NCBI GenBank assembly: GCA_044892505.1
Contig: CM097882.1
Span: 393,142,001-393,206,000, forward strand
Direction: 5' to 3'
DNA: 64,000 nucleotides
Source of the DNA: Schmidtea nova
Lineage: Eukaryota
Numbering within the stretch: position 1 is the first letter of the stretch; every line of letters starts with the position of its first letter. Positions 30,901-45,840 of the stretch are shown piece by piece. The position numbers were made by a program, and so were the translations under genes. The notes under the pieces are model-generated. The model did no database searches. It was not told where the DNA came from and was given only the letters and a program-made list of their open reading frames with translations.

Positions 30901-31880
30901 ATTTATATGTCAATGACTGATAAAATATTTTACTTTCCATACAAATTTGTTTCTAAATGTCATTTATCCGATAAAATATTTCTATCGTGCTAACTCGTTT
31001 GTAAAGGTCAAAATTGATTTTCTGGTTTAATTAAACCTCAGGATCTTTCAATCCTTTTATATTTCTTTTTTCCTCGCAAATTTAATATATATTCTTGGTA
31101 ATTGCCAATCTATTATTAGCAACAAAAATTACTAAAAATAGACATTTTAAATTTATTTAAATTATTACCTAATGTTAACGTTGAGGCCTAAGGGCCTATC
31201 CGTAACATATCTCCCCCAGAAGATTTTCGTCTCGAAAATAAAGACATTATAACACTATAACAATAAAATAATAAAAATTATACATAAAGATCACAATATA
31301 TAAATAATAGTTCACATATAATTGTTTTAGTAATGATCAAAATGTCTTTAGCAGGATTTGCTTCTGATTTTCTCTGGCGATTTTAGCGCGTCTGGCTACT
31401 TCATTGGGTCGGTAAATGACTACCAAAGGCTCTCTATTGAAGGCACTAACTCAGATGTTAGTTGCCAAGATTTGAGGTACCCCACTCACATCAGGAACTC
31501 GATGATGAGGGTAATTTGTGATTTCCATATAAGAAACTGGTTTTCCATAAAATCTTTCACCTAAAGGTATCCATTGTCTGTCTGTCCGTTACCACTACAT
31601 AGAGCAGTCTTCGTCTAAGTCAATGGACACGTAGTTACGAATGATGTTGTCGTTTGGATCGTTAATTCTTTTTTATGTCACTGTCTTCAATAATGTGTGT
31701 TGGCGGCTGGAAACTAAGTTCTTCCAATTCTTCCGTGGGTGTCGAAGGTTTCACTTTTGGGACTGTAACATCAACTTTGCTGGTTGTGCTTTGTTTGGGT
31801 GTTTTGTGAAGCTTAAGCTTCTCTTTATCTCTTTTCTTGGCCTTGGCTGGAATCATCTTTATCAGGATCTTTTTAACTGT

Positions 31881-32567
31881 TTATTTTGTTGCTGCTGGTT
31901 TTTTTATCTTTTTAGTTTTGCTCGCGCATGTTTTGTATGTGTTTTCTTCCTTTTTTAAGGAGATTGGAGGTGGTAGTATAAGATCGTCAATAATTTCTGT
32001 CTCCTTGGGCTTAGATAATTTAGGTATGCTAGATTCTGGATGAGTTTCTTCTTTCATTTTTGAGGATTTTAAAACAATGCTTCTGTTTGATACCTCTGAC
32101 GACTGTTTTTGTTGGCTGGTTCCTGGTGTGGTTTTTGCATGGTTCGCCTCCATTGCTAATTGGATGACATTTGTTCTTGATATACGTAAATGCATTTGTT
32201 TGCCCCGCAGAAAACCGGCATCAAGATTTCGAATTGCCGTCATAGCTTGTGGGTGAATTGCAAACAGCACCAAAGCCGTATTCTTTTTGTTAAACGTAAT
32301 TGTAACATTTGCGTTAACCATCATGATATTGTTTGCTTTGATCTGTTCGTCTTTATTTCGACCGTGCGTCATTAGAGAGCATATTAATCGCCCAACAATT
32401 GGACATTGTGCTTTTCTAAATCGTTCTGTTCTATAACGACCAGCAGACTGGGGAATTATTTTTGCATATTTTCCACTATAATTAGTGTAATCTGTTAATG
32501 ATAGATCGGTAGCGTGAACATCATCAGTGCTCCATTTAATGAAAAGTTTAAAGTCAGATATATTCAT
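31881..32567 (-). pseudogene. Chimeric ORF: 40S ribosomal protein S5 (uS7) N-terminal fragment, PTB/hnRNP-L-type RRM fragment, and ORF3 linker of element 2
   Basis: KLF.KWSTDDV..DLSL.DY....KYAK..P.SAGRY...[19 protein letters not shown] is RPS5. [10 protein letters not shown]......AM.AI..L....L.GK...L..S....IQL resembles PTB RRM3. Confidence 0.8.
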
Positions 32568-35500
32568 AGTTTAACACACAATTATTCATATAAATAAATT
32601 CAACAATGCAAAACGTATATTTTAAAATACCACAAAATTAAAACAAGCGTTTTTTTATCTTTAGTTTTTTTATACAATTTCTTTTTTTATATAATAAAAT
32701 ATATATTCAATATACTCTTAATATATATTTAATTTATATTTAATATAAATATTATATTTATTTATATATTAATTATATCACCACGCCTGGGTTTTCGTTA
32801 TCTCTCAGGACTTTATCCGATGAAATAAATTCATAATCTTCACTAGGTGGTGGGAAATGATCAACCCATTTATTTCGAAATTTAATATATACCGCCATAA
32901 TTGTTCGAGTTTCGTTTTCTGCCACCAAGTCTCGACTTTGGCAAAGTTTGTCGTACAGTATTGTTTAGCTAAGAAGCAGAGTTTGTACGCTCCGTTGAAT
33001 TTTTCTAGACCTTTGTCTTCAAAAAATTTGGTGGATCCCAGGTCTCTGATTCCTAAAACTCGTTGTTAGGGTAACTTGGCTATTGCAAGGAGATCATTTA
33101 ATTGGATTCTAACTATTATTTTGCCGTCACACAATCTTTTAATTCATCACCGTCGAGGTTTTCCCAGATGCCAGATTCTTGTAGTCTGTGTTTGATAGAG
33201 TCACATGGAGTGACCACTGAATTCAATAAAGGTTTTCCTTTAATATCTAGGATTGAGATTGCGACTATTGCCGAACTCATATTCGTGCGTAGTACTAAAA
33301 CATTTACCGCAATAAATACAGTAAGTGAATCTTCCTGCTGTTTTGTTAAATTCTTTCTTACAAAAAATTTGCCTTTGTTACAATCTTCGTCTTTTATGTG
33401 GTAATATCAATCAATTTCCTTATCCCTGATTATAGGGTAGGGTTTTCTATAATTTAGGATTTCCAGCACAATAAATGTAGGATATTCTGTCCCTTGAATG
33501 GGCATGTTTTTCTCTCTTCCATCGGAGTTATTAATCTCCAGACTGCTATTTAATTCCATATCTATATGTCCGGCCGCACCTGCGATGAATATAGTAAAAG
33601 TTTCGTGATTGGATGTATCCATAAATATTTCGTATTCTGACACGACTTGAATTCTCGGAATAAATCAGTTAATAGGATGATTCCCTTACTTCCAAGGATA
33701 GTGATGATCATTTGTCTATGAGGACTGTTTGGGCATTTGAAATTGTTTGGTATATTTACCCATCTCGGGTAGTACCTATAAATTTCTCGTTTCTCTTTGA
33801 ATCGGCCCAGAATGGCCTCGGACATAAATTTCTAAACGTATTCCTCTTTGAATACTGTGTTGATTTCAACTGGACTAGCGATATCCTTGGGGTACGATGA
33901 CACTGAATGGCTCATCCGAGATCTGAAAGAAAATATTAATTTCTCGCTTTTTAAGCTATAAATTCCTAATAAATAGATATACATAAAGATAAATAAATTA
34001 TCTGTAATTGTCATAATTGGAAGTCATATAAATTGTTTATATTTTGGATTTGGTAATTTACCCTTTTGTTTACCCAATACGCAATTAATAATAAAATTAT
34101 TATTATACTTTTAATCCCCTTGGCATTCTGCCAAGTATTGCCTTGTGACTTTTATGTCGTGTCAAAATCTCTGATCACATAACCTAATTTCACAATCGAG
34201 TGTTCCAATTACGTAAATTAATTGACCGTTAGCTCCTGTGGCTGAGGCCAAAGTTGGATTAAATGCTTGAATTCCGTTTTCATTTCGTAAATATGCTTCT
34301 ATCATCGTTAGATCTGGGCCAAAATCAATTAGCGCATGCACAATGTGTCTGTTTACTTTGATTTTGATTGTCGATTTGTTTTCCAGGTTACTTGATTTAA
34401 CAATACAAATTGTTGACATTCCCATCAGCTTTTCTCTCAATCTTTGTTCATCACTCTTATCCATATTGTTTTGTATTTGTTCTAGCATAAGAAATGGGTA
34501 ACTTGGTATCTGATTATTCCAAGCTGATCCCATTTGGGGTAAAGATTCACCCTTTCTTTCGTGCTTTTTTAAGGATTTACTCATTTTTCAAAACATCTCA
34601 GAAGCCTTCGTTTCCCGTCTTTACTTTATCCGGAATAATTTGTTTATTTGATTGATAAGGCGGTATGTATTCCTAATAATACTGAGTTTTTCTTCTCTTT
34701 GAAAAGTTAATATTGTCTGATTTGTTTGAAAAAGTAGTTTTTGTGTGGTCTAGGAGAGAATATCTTTTGGGCTATGTTATCATCTTGATTATCTCCCTCC
34801 TCAGAATAGCCGTCTTCTCAATGACTATAATTCTGATTTATTTCTCGTACAATTTCATGTTTGATTACATTTCTCTTTGGATTTTTCTAATTTCTTTATG
34901 CTGATGTCTAAATAATGCGAACTCTGCGCACATAGAGCAAATCCTTAGAAGCAATTTCCAAGACCATTCTCTGATCTGGAATATGCTGTATGTAGATATG
35001 AGCTGTGAAATTATAATTTTTATTATAATTATGGCATAAATGCCTGAATAGCTTGCTACGAATATGACAAAACCTTTACATCTTCCCCAGATTCTTTTTA
35101 TTACATTTTTTTCCATTTAATTTCTTTATAACATTTAATAATAATAAAAGGTTATAATTTGGTTTACTATCTATTTCTCGATATATTCTTTCTATTAATT
35201 CCATTACTCTCCTGTCTCTTGCTTGAGGAAATATAATTGCTCTCCTTGCTACCTCGATATTTTCTGCAGTGTAGGAACCTTTTTGTGCCATTTCGTTAAG
35301 TGTTATAAATTATACTTTATTGTCTAGCTTCGATGCTTACAGAGTTTCAACTGATTTGGCTACCAAGTTTCTGTCAGGTTAATATATCCAATAATTACCT
35401 ATCTTGTATAATGATGATGTCGCCGGATTACATGCTGTTGATCTTGGTGCCGTCTCTTTATTTAAAAATTGGTACGTAACATGTAACATGAACCTTATTT

Positions 35501-38500
35501 CCCCCCTGAGCATGACTGGGAATTCTAGTGTGCAACTATTATATTTAGCCACTTCCACTTCTTCTGCTGCATATAAGTAGCTATATATTGCTTCTCCCAT
35601 GATCCTGACAAAAGTACCCTGCTCGGTAACCATAGGCATGACTAGATCCGGGTTTATTATTGAAATTGATAATCGATTTCTAATTATTTCGCTATCTAAT
35701 CGGCAATCATGCAGAATAACCTCCTGATACATGTCTTGCATATTTTTCTGTAGATTGTGATACAGAAAATCTACTTAGTTATTAACGTAATTTGTTATTT
35801 TGATATCTTTTTATGTAGTTTTTCTGCCGCTAAGATATATTTATCTGATATAAATATTCACTGATAATTTGTTTCGTGTACCGTCACACCACATCTGATT
35901 TTCTGGATTTTCCTAACCAGTCTAATAACGCCTGTTACCTCCTTGGATACCAATACAAGTAGAGTACTTTTTTTCATGAATTTCCTCCCTTACTAATCTT
36001 TTGATTTTTCGTCCACCCCATACTTTTCCTTTATTTTTATTACTTGAAAACCTTGTTCCGTTTAATTTTTGGAATACCATTTTCTTTAGGTATCCAAGCT
36101 TACAGTAATCTTTCATTGTCTGATATATTAAGGTAGCGGACAAAGTTCTACAGAATCCACACTTAATATTGCATTCCGGACGGGTCATCATTTTTCCGGA
36201 CCTCACGTTAAACGTACCTTCATATTCACGAAGTTCCACTACATAATCTTCCACTTCCACTACATAATTTATCACATTTTTTCCTCTTATCTTGGTCCGT
36301 TCTTGACATGAACCATCATCTTCCATTGTTCCTCCTCGAAATATGGTTATAGCTAGAGCCTTTCCCACTTCAGCCGTAATAAGTACTTCGTCATCTATTT
36401 TAAGTGCTCTTGTTCGGAAAGCATTCTCACAATCGTCTGATAGTATCGCTATATATCTAGGTACCAGATTTGCTCCTAAGAACGCCGTATAGCTATGTCT
36501 ACCACAAAAATATTCAAACGTTGCCATTTGCAAACTACATTCTATGATAGTAGTTCTGTAAAGTTCATTCTGCTGATATACATGATACAAGACCTCTTCT
36601 TCTAATATCACTTTATCGGGATATGATTCCTTGTATTCCACTGCATCAACTAGTGAGAATATCCAACTCATACTTAGATTGCTGTTATCATAAGCTATTA
36701 TAGAGTTCGTCAGGCGTAACATACCCATAGTCACTAAGACATTACTAGTCAGTTTAGGAAGCTACCTCCTCCTACCTGGTTATTTGGTTTTAGTGGATTA
36801 ACTGCATATCTTCAGCTATCACATATCTTAAGGGTTTATCCTTCTTGGGATCTCAAAATTTGCTTACTTCTAGCCATTGCTCAAAGTTTGCATCAATGAT
36901 TTCTCACATTTGTTCAATTTCTGATTCGATTAGCATTTGATTATTGCTCACTGATTTTACAACATTGTGTATTATTATTTTTTCTCTAGTGAGTCCATTT
37001 TAATCCTTTTCTCAAGTTTCTAACTTGATGGTAACATGAATATCTCTGTAACAACTTTTCTTGTCCACGAATTCTAATATCGAACATTATTAGCTCTTGT
37101 CTGTCCTTTTGGTGTGTCATGGCATGTCCATATTTCATCATTAACATTCTCAACTGAGTCTAGTAGGGCGTTACTTCCCTCATGATTGGTATAAGAAACG
37201 ATGCTAGATAGACAAAGTCTCTACTGGTACGCGTAGCATGAGCATACAGTCCATTATATTTTTAATATTTTCCCTATTTCTCGTGGTTTTCATTAATTCG
37301 TACCCCAACCTTTGTGGGATTTCTTTAGTTTGATCAAATTGTTCAANNNNNNNNNNNNNNNNNNNNNNNNNNNNNNNNNNNNNNNNNNNNNNNNNNNNNN
37401 NNNNNNNNNNNNNNNNNNNNNNNNNNNNNNNNNNNNNNNNNNNNNNNNNNNNNNNNNNNNNNNNNNNNNNNNNNNNNNNNNNNAGGTACCTTTACTACTG
37501 GTGGACATGCTATAACAAGATTGAGTCAGTTAGGCAACAACGCGCTAACCAATATTGTCTCGTTATTATTTAATTTGACATTGTAATAGTACAGCTCTCA
37601 AACCTTGACGGGTGTGCTAACGTTAAGCACCTTTATAAATTGCTTCATTCTCTTATTGGGATCTAAATTAAATATGTATAGATGTCAACTTGGGTCCATC
37701 AAATGTACTTAAATTATCTCATTCATTCATCAAAACCTCTGTAATTCGCCGATTTTTCTCAATAATTTGAGTGTGTACTCATAACATTTCTGTTTCTTTA
37801 ATTTTAGATACGAGTTTTAATAGCTCTCGTATCTCTTCAACTTGAATTTAAGATTCTAGTATATCTTGTAAATACTCTTCTACTTTATGATGGTGCTCTT
37901 TCCGAGTCAGTTATTCTTAAACATAGATCTATGTGATGTTCTTCATGAACCCTCTGCGACCTCTCCTCTAGTGTCTCAATGGGCTGAATAGTCACTTTTT
38001 TCTGTGCTATGCCCAAATACCTTGTGGCTGGAGACGAAACCTGTTTCATTCCCCGCCCTCTTCTCACAACCCTCTTTCCACGGAGTTGTGGAATTATTAA
38101 CATCAGTTTTTTGCTGATTTCTCTGGGTGGAAATAACAAAATCCCTTTCATACTCATCTATAGTGAATCTCGCAATTCGATTTCTCTCCTCTTGACTTTC
38201 TAGTTCAAGTTGTTGCAAATATGTTAAATTTTGATTTAAAGCTAATGACGTGTGCCTTGGTTTCTCAACATAATTAGATTCATTATTATGTACTCTCTGA
38301 GTTTGTGTACATGACCTCAAATATGACTAAATTTCCCACAATTGAAACAATTGATTTTCCCCCTAGAATTAACTTCATCTCTTTTTATATTATTATTATA
38401 ATTGGATAATTATTATTATTACTATTATCATTTTTATAATTATTATATAGAAAATTAGTACTTGGACTTTTATTCCAACTTCTATCATTATTATTACCTT

Positions 38501-38794
38501 CATTATCATTATTAATATTATTATTATTGAATCGAGCCAAACCCACTTTTAATGCATTTTTATTTTCATCAGTAAACAATTCCTCTGTCATAATGTCAAA
38601 GATATCACTGTTTAACCTGAAATCATCAAAAGAAGCATTGGATTGTTGACGTACGTCAGATGTTTGAATTCTCGATATTAAAATTGAATTTGAATCACAA
38701 TTAACTTTTTTAAATTGAAAAGTAGGATTGATATCACTTGGGAATATAATATTATTTTCACAATCTATAGAAATACACTCTTTCGTTTCCAAAG

Positions 38795-39322
38795 CAGAGG
38801 CGGACTGGCTACTTATTCTCAGGGTTGCTGATGTACCTCAGGGGCCCGTAATTGCATGCAGGGTCACGAATTCTTTCTAAACAAATTTTACCTCTATGTT
38901 AAATTTACGTGAAAAATGACAAAGAAACGAAAGAGTCCTTTAAATAGCGTTATTTTTATGAAATTTTATAATAATAAATTTAATATCACAGTTGAACTTA
39001 CTTCAAAATGATCCGTTAATGAAATAAAATTGCATGCACAATGCAGAAATGATAATTCACGAGAATTCTCTGATAGCGCGGTTAAGTTATACTAACAAAC
39101 TTAGCAATTAAAACAAATATATAAAAAATGTTCGTAAATCAGCCTGATTATTATAATTCTATACTTGCATTGTTGATTTAAATAAATTTTTTTCATAAAG
39201 TACAAATCAATAGGTATTAACTAAAATATATATTTTTATTCTACATTGGGCCCGGATCCCTAACATTTGGAAAGGGCCCGGGTTGCTAACGCAACCCGGC
39301 AACCCGGGTCAGTCCGCCACTG
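38795..39322. mobile_element. Non-autonomous hAT element (528 bp)
   Basis: TIRs CAGAGGCGGACTG / CAGTCCGCCACTG with perfect 8-bp TSD TTCCAAAG. Confidence 0.93.
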
Positions 39323-40360
39323 TTCCAAAGCATCGTCTTCAGTTTGAATGACAACCATCGAATTAGAGTCTTCTTGTGTCAGAACGTTGCCGATATGATC
39401 AAAATGTGATGCGATTAGCACTGAAGTCATTTGAATCATACAGAACAATATCATTCTTCTAAATCCACAGAAATCCAAATAAATCTCCAAATTAAAACTC
39501 AAAACTTACTCAAAATTCGATTGCCAAAAATATCAGTCCTTCCACTAAGCCAAATTCGAAAACAACAAAATTCCAATTTTCAAATTGGATTGACTAAACC
39601 AATTTTCCAGAAATCAATTCTAAAAAATTATTCACCAAAAAATCTCTAAAACCCAAGACTCGACAAAACAACCAGGAATAAAAAACCATTAATAACAAAC
39701 ATTTAAAATCATTTCATTTACATTCGACAAAATTCCAAAAATCAATCCATGCATAACAAATGCGCATACAGAAGACCAGTATCAAAGCTCCGAACACACA
39801 GGCGCGAGAAAAAATCACAACATTGACAACGCGCACACATACGCGATAAGTCTAAAAGCAATGCGCACACTAATCAGCCGAAACAATTATTATTATTATT
39901 ATTATTGAGTTTAATTAAAACAGATATTATAGTCGGTGTCTGACTTCTCGTGTTCAATTAAATCAATAAGTAAAAACACTCCCAACGTATATTTGTTTAT
40001 ATCGATATAATCCTTTTACAATTCACAGCAATAATAATACAGCGTCTAATTATTCGATCGAGCTCCGCCGTGGGATGTCTTAACCTCGTGCGCTTTATAA
40101 TAATAATCACCTTGTATATCAGAATCCTCTGGATTGATCTTTTTTCTTATATATTTTCGTCTTCTTTCGATTCAGCTCCTTTTAGATTTCTTTACTCTTT
40201 TTCTCTCGTCTTTTCCTATTTCTTCTGACTCTGCTACGTTTAACCTAATCTCGGTTTGTTCTCCTTAACTGAGGCAAAATGCCGATTGTTTTCAATTTAG
40301 AGTTTCCTTATATACTAAGATAATCATTTTGATTAATTAGTTTTTTGGCCAAATCGCCTA

Positions 40361-43300
40361 TGTTGGATTTAATTAACTCATTTTGTTAATTAATTCCAAA
40401 CTTCTTTAAAATATATATAAACAAGTAAAATTTGTTTATATAAGAAGAATTGTTATAAAATACAAAATTTAAATTATGTCTACTTCTTTTAATTAATGTA
40501 ACAATGGTGTCAGAAATGCCTCAGAATCTTCAGTAGAAGAGCTGGAAATTCAATCCAACTCAATCAAATTACCGATATACAACAGTGATTTTCCCACATG
40601 GATCAAACAGCTGGAAATTGCATTTGCTTTCTCTAAAATCAAGTTAGAAAGAAGCCAATTTCAACACTTAGTAATGGCAATCCCAACAGCAATCGCAAGA
40701 AGATTCTTTCACTTGCTAGAAAAAGAAAGCAAATTGTCCTATACAGATCTTAAAGAAGCAATGCTGGAAGATTACAACAGAAACAATCCCGTATCACTTC
40801 AAAGTCTCCTAAACGATCGTTATTTAGGAGATTGTACTTCCTCAGAAGCACTCCATGACATTCATTCTAATCTATTTAAATACGGTAATGGAACTGTATC
40901 TCTAGTTCTACTAAAGGACATATTCTTCAGAATGTTACCAGTAAACATTCAAAATACGCTGATCCTTCAGTCCGAAGAAGACATTTGGAAGATAGCGAAA
41001 ATGGCGGACAACATAATGGATAAAAAGAAAGCTATGCATAACCTAATGAAAATAAACAATGTTGAAGACCAAATAGCAGCACTGAAGTACAGTCAGACAC
41101 TCAAATCACCTTCCCAATCACTGGATACTCAATGTTATTATTATAGAACGTTTAGAGAAAAAGCCCGGAAATGTCAACCCCCCTGCTCATGGGAACAAAA
41201 GAATCAGAAACAGGGAAACGAGAGAAGGTTCCAGTAAATTCGGTACCTGGAACCTTTGAGATCACATCAGTCTACAATCCGAAGCAAAATCAAACTTTCA
41301 CCGTACCGGTAATTGTCTCCAACAACCACAGCGTTGACTTTCTCATAGATTCGGGTGCCGATGCCAGCGTATTGCCATCAAAACTGTTTGAACCGAATCT
41401 ATCACTTGACAGAAAGCGAACATTAATCAGCGCCAACAAATCCATCATCGAGTATTATGGTGACAGAGAAATATCGCTAAAATTTGAAGGCTTTCAAAAA
41501 CCATTCAAATGGATATTTGCCGTAGCAAATCTCAGCAGACCAATAATAAAAGCAGACTTTTTGGCTCACTTTGATCTGAATGTCAGTTGCAAGAACAGGC
41601 AAATTTCCAACATCAATACTTCAGAATGCGCAAAAGGCTATCAAAAAGTATCAAAGATAAATAGTATATTTTGTGAATATGATGACATTATCTTTGACCC
41701 ACAAAAGCCAATAATCAGCACCAAACCAGATGTTCAATTGCAAATAATAACAAAAGGAGAAGCAATATCTCAAAAGTCTCGTAAGCTTTTTGGAGAACGA
41801 CTAAGAGCAACCAAAGTCGAATTTGATCGACTACTAAAAGAAAATGTCATTCAAGTCAGCAAAAGTAGTTGGCCCTCACCTTTAGTTGTCGTAAAAAAAC
41901 ATGATGGAACGTGGAGATCCTGCGGTGACTACAGACTCATCAACAATCGTACAATTCCAGATAAATATCCTCTTCCCAGAATCCAGGATATTCTTGATGG
42001 CTTGATTGGGAGCAAATACTTCACCAAATTAGACATGATCATAGCCTACCACCAGATACCGATTGCAGAAGAAGACAGAGACAAAACTGCAGTGATAACC
42101 CCATTTGGATTATTCCAATATAATACGATGCCATTTGGCTTACGGAATGCATCTCAGACATTCCAACGATACATAGATAAAATTTCAGAGACTTGCAATC
42201 ATTCTGTGTCGCCTATGTAGATGATGTTCTAATATTTTCAGACAGAACAGTTCTGAAAAACCTCTATGCAGCCGGTCTCAAAGTCAACATTAGCAAATGC
42301 GAATTTAATAAAGAAAGGATCCAATTTCTCGGAGTCGAATTTGACAAAAATGGAATCAGAACATCTCAAGAAAAGACTTCAAACATTCTTAAAATAGAAA
42401 AACCGAAATGTGTACGCATGCTAAGAAGCTTCATTGGCGCCATCGGATATTACCACTGGTTGACTCCACATTTATCCGATATTTTGGCTCCATTGCATGA
42501 TTTAATAACAATAGCTTCAGGAAACAAGAATAAGTTCATTTGGAACAAAATCTATGATAGAATATTTGAACAAGCTAAAGCAGCCCTATGCAGAGCAGTG
42601 CCTACTGGATATCCAGACCCATCCAGGCCATTCACACTATGCACGGATGCATCATCAGTAGCCGTTGGAACAAGCCTAAATCAAACAGATACAGAAAATC
42701 GTTTAATACCAATCGCATTTTATTCTCAGAAACTATCCAAATCTGAAATAAAATATTCGACATTTGACAGGGACCTGCTAGCAATACAACACTTCAAACA
42801 CTATTTCTTAGCCTCTTCATTCAAAATAAATACTGACCACAAGCCACTCATTCACATAATGTCGATGAAAGAGCCATCTACAAGACAATGGAGAATCATT
42901 GAACATCTCTCTCAGTTTACCTTCAAGATCGAATATATTAAAGGTAAAGAGAATGCAACTGCTGACCTGCTACCAAGACAACATTCTATGGAGATAGACA
43001 TGATCCAGATGGATGCAATCAATATCTTTGATAATGCAAAGCTCCTAACAGAACAAAAGTCCGACAAGTCATTGGCAAACCTAAAGATGACTTCACTGGA
43101 TCTGTGTGAATCTAAAGATGGTATCTTTGTAGATATCAGTCTGGGGAAGCCGAGAATCATCCTTCCTAAATCACTCAGATTCCAGGAATTTCAAAGGCTA
43201 CACAGCATCTCACATCCTGATTACAAACCAATGATGCGATTATTAGCATCAAGATATGTTTGGCCAAAAATGCGATCTAATATTAGAACTTGGAATCGTC

Positions 43301-44316
43301 AGTGTCAGAAATGTCAACAATCAAAGATAAGCCGTCATACTAAGACCTCTCTCGGAGATATTCCAACAACTGGGCGATTCAAAACCATTCACATTGATCT
43401 CGTGGGACCATTACCCCCCAGTAAACAATAAGAGATTCATCCTTACAATGATTGATAGATCAACGTCGTGGGGGGAAGCAATTCAAATTAATGAAATCTC
43501 AAGTACTAGCGTGGTAACAATACTGAATAGAGAATGGATAAGTAGATACGGTGTACCTGAAGTTATCATCAGTGATCAAGGGTTGCAATTTGAATTTACC
43601 TTATTTAACAATTTTTTCAGAAATATGGGCATTGAACTTAGACGAATCACAGCATACCATCCACAATGCAATGGGAAGGTAGAAAGATGGCATAGATGTC
43701 TCAAGAACTCGCTCAAGGCTCATGCGGCAGTCGCAAATAAAACATGGGCTCATGATCTCCCGACAGTACTACTAGGTTTACGCAGCTGTTGCACCTCAGA
43801 TAACTCACCATCACCAGCTGAACTCGTGTTTGGAACTAAACTCAGATTACCTGGCGATTTATCGATCATAACCTCAGAAGTTAACGAAGAAGAATCCAAT
43901 ATCCCAACCATCTACAATCCTATACCAAAAGAAAAGAAGATAGATCCAAAACAAAACAGTTTTATACAGAAAGAACTGGCCACATGCACCAGGGTATGGT
44001 TACAGAAGCCAATCACCAAAGGACTCGATCTTCCATATGATGGTCCATTTAAAGTAGTGGAAAGATCGCCAGACCTCAAGACATTCAAAATATCAATAAA
44101 CGACAAAAACAAAATCGTCTCTGCTGATCGACTGCGAGCAACAATAGAGCCGGAACCCAATCTTTGAGGGGAGTTATGTTGGATTTAATTAACTCATTTT
44201 GTTAATAATTTCCAAACTTCTTTAAAATATATATAAACAAGTAAAATTTGTTTATATAAGAATTGTTATAAAATACAAAATTCAAATTATGTCTACTTCT
44301 TTTAATGAATGTAACA
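40361..44316 (+). mobile_element. Defective compact Ty3/Gypsy element (CsRN1-like) with ~140 bp LTRs
   Basis: LTRs 40361-40503 and 44177-44316, TSD GCCTA, PBS TGGTGTCAGAA (tRNA-Leu type), PPT GAGGGGAG. gag ~40520-41237. pol ~41171-44167 (DSGA, YVDD, RH, IN) is broken by frameshifts near 42200 and 43420. Confidence 0.93.
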
Positions 44317-45329
44317 GCCTATGTCTGAAAATGCTTTGACAATCGGTTTTCTTGAATCTCGTGTGAGAGCTTATAGTTATTGATTGCCCTCTTCTGTTAC
44401 CCTTTCGTATTAACCAATTTTGTTTACTCCTATTACTCATAATGACAAGATAATGGCTTTTCCGAAATTCACTTTGTTTACTCTCCTTGTTTGCCGAGCT
44501 CGGGTTCTCTTCATCGCTCGGGTTCTCCATTAGCTTGGGCTTCCCCTTAGCTCGGGTTTTCCATTATCCAATTAATTAAATAATTAACGGTTTTCTGTTT
44601 TTATGCATTTGCATGCTTTTCGACACTTTCTGACCGATTCCTAATCATTATGTTCTTCACCAATAGCTAATCTATACCTGCCCCGTTTTCCACATTCAAT
44701 TTCGATAAATTAACCATTTATTCATTTTTTCTCAATTTACACATTTGCATTTCGAATCTCACTGTACCATATCTTAACTCTGTTTCCATTATAATTTCCT
44801 TGGTTATTCGTTCTGTGCTTGATCACACTTTTTTATCTACCTGTTTCATTCAATTTCCATCTAGAATTTCATTTAAAATTTTATCTATAATTTTATTTAA
44901 AATAATTTTGATTTAAAGACCTCAACATTATTATTATTTTTTTTGCGCTGGTTACTATTGTTACCCTCAAATTTTTTGGTTTTACTTACTGAAGCGACAT
45001 GACCCCTATGCCAACATTTATCGCAGCTTAAGTCCAAACGTTTGCAATTTGACGCATCATGGTTATTTCTCCCGCATTTTGTACATTATTTACACCCGGG
45101 TAATTGTTTCTTTTATTCGCTCTACAATCTTTAGCTACATGCCCTTTCTACGACAATTATAACACTCTACTTTATTAACTACAAAATTACTAAATTACTC
45201 TACTGCTTTCTATATAGTGCTTTTCTAGTTAACTCCTCAAAATTATCTTCTATATGTAAGTGTTTGGCTATTAATCTGAGCCGGTTTAGTTTCTAACTCC
45301 TCGTGCTCCGTTAAAAAATAAAATGACTA

Positions 45330-45840
45330 AAACATAACACAACAAATTTTATTTATTCAAATCTGATAATTCACGACGACTAAATCAATACAACTTTTCA
45401 AGTTTCTGCACACACCTTTTACACTCTTTTTTAAGCAATATACTAGATTGCCCTTTCTGATACGCTTGATTGGCTTATGTTTTCTTTACAGCAATGTCCT
45501 ATTCACTTACCCACTCTTTTAAATACTGTTAATTTTCTGTTTATCTTGCCACTTTTATAGTTTACCAATTTGTCAACAGATTGGTTAAGTTTTCCAAACT
45601 TGTTGTCAAATTCGATTATGACTTTCCGTAATTGGAATTTTGCTAAATAGAATTTGTTCTAATTTGATTTATTTGATCCGCGCTTTTGGTAGTTCGATTT
45701 CCTCTCGGGTTTCTCTTTGCCATGATCTCACATGCACTCGGGCTTCCCCATTGACTCAGTTTTTCTACATGACTAATAAATTATTCATAAATTTTTAATT
45801 AATTTCTATTTCCTGAATATCTTTTTCTGGGGACCCCCAC
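45330..45840 (+). repeat. Unclassified dispersed repeat with CTCGGGTT(T/C)CC subrepeats; other copies at ~29930-30420 and ~44490-44600
   Basis: Shared blocks TAGATTGCCCTTTCTG.TACG and CTAATAAATTATTCAT.AATTTTTAATTAATTTCTATT, plus the tandem GGGTT(T)CC motifs. Confidence 0.6.
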
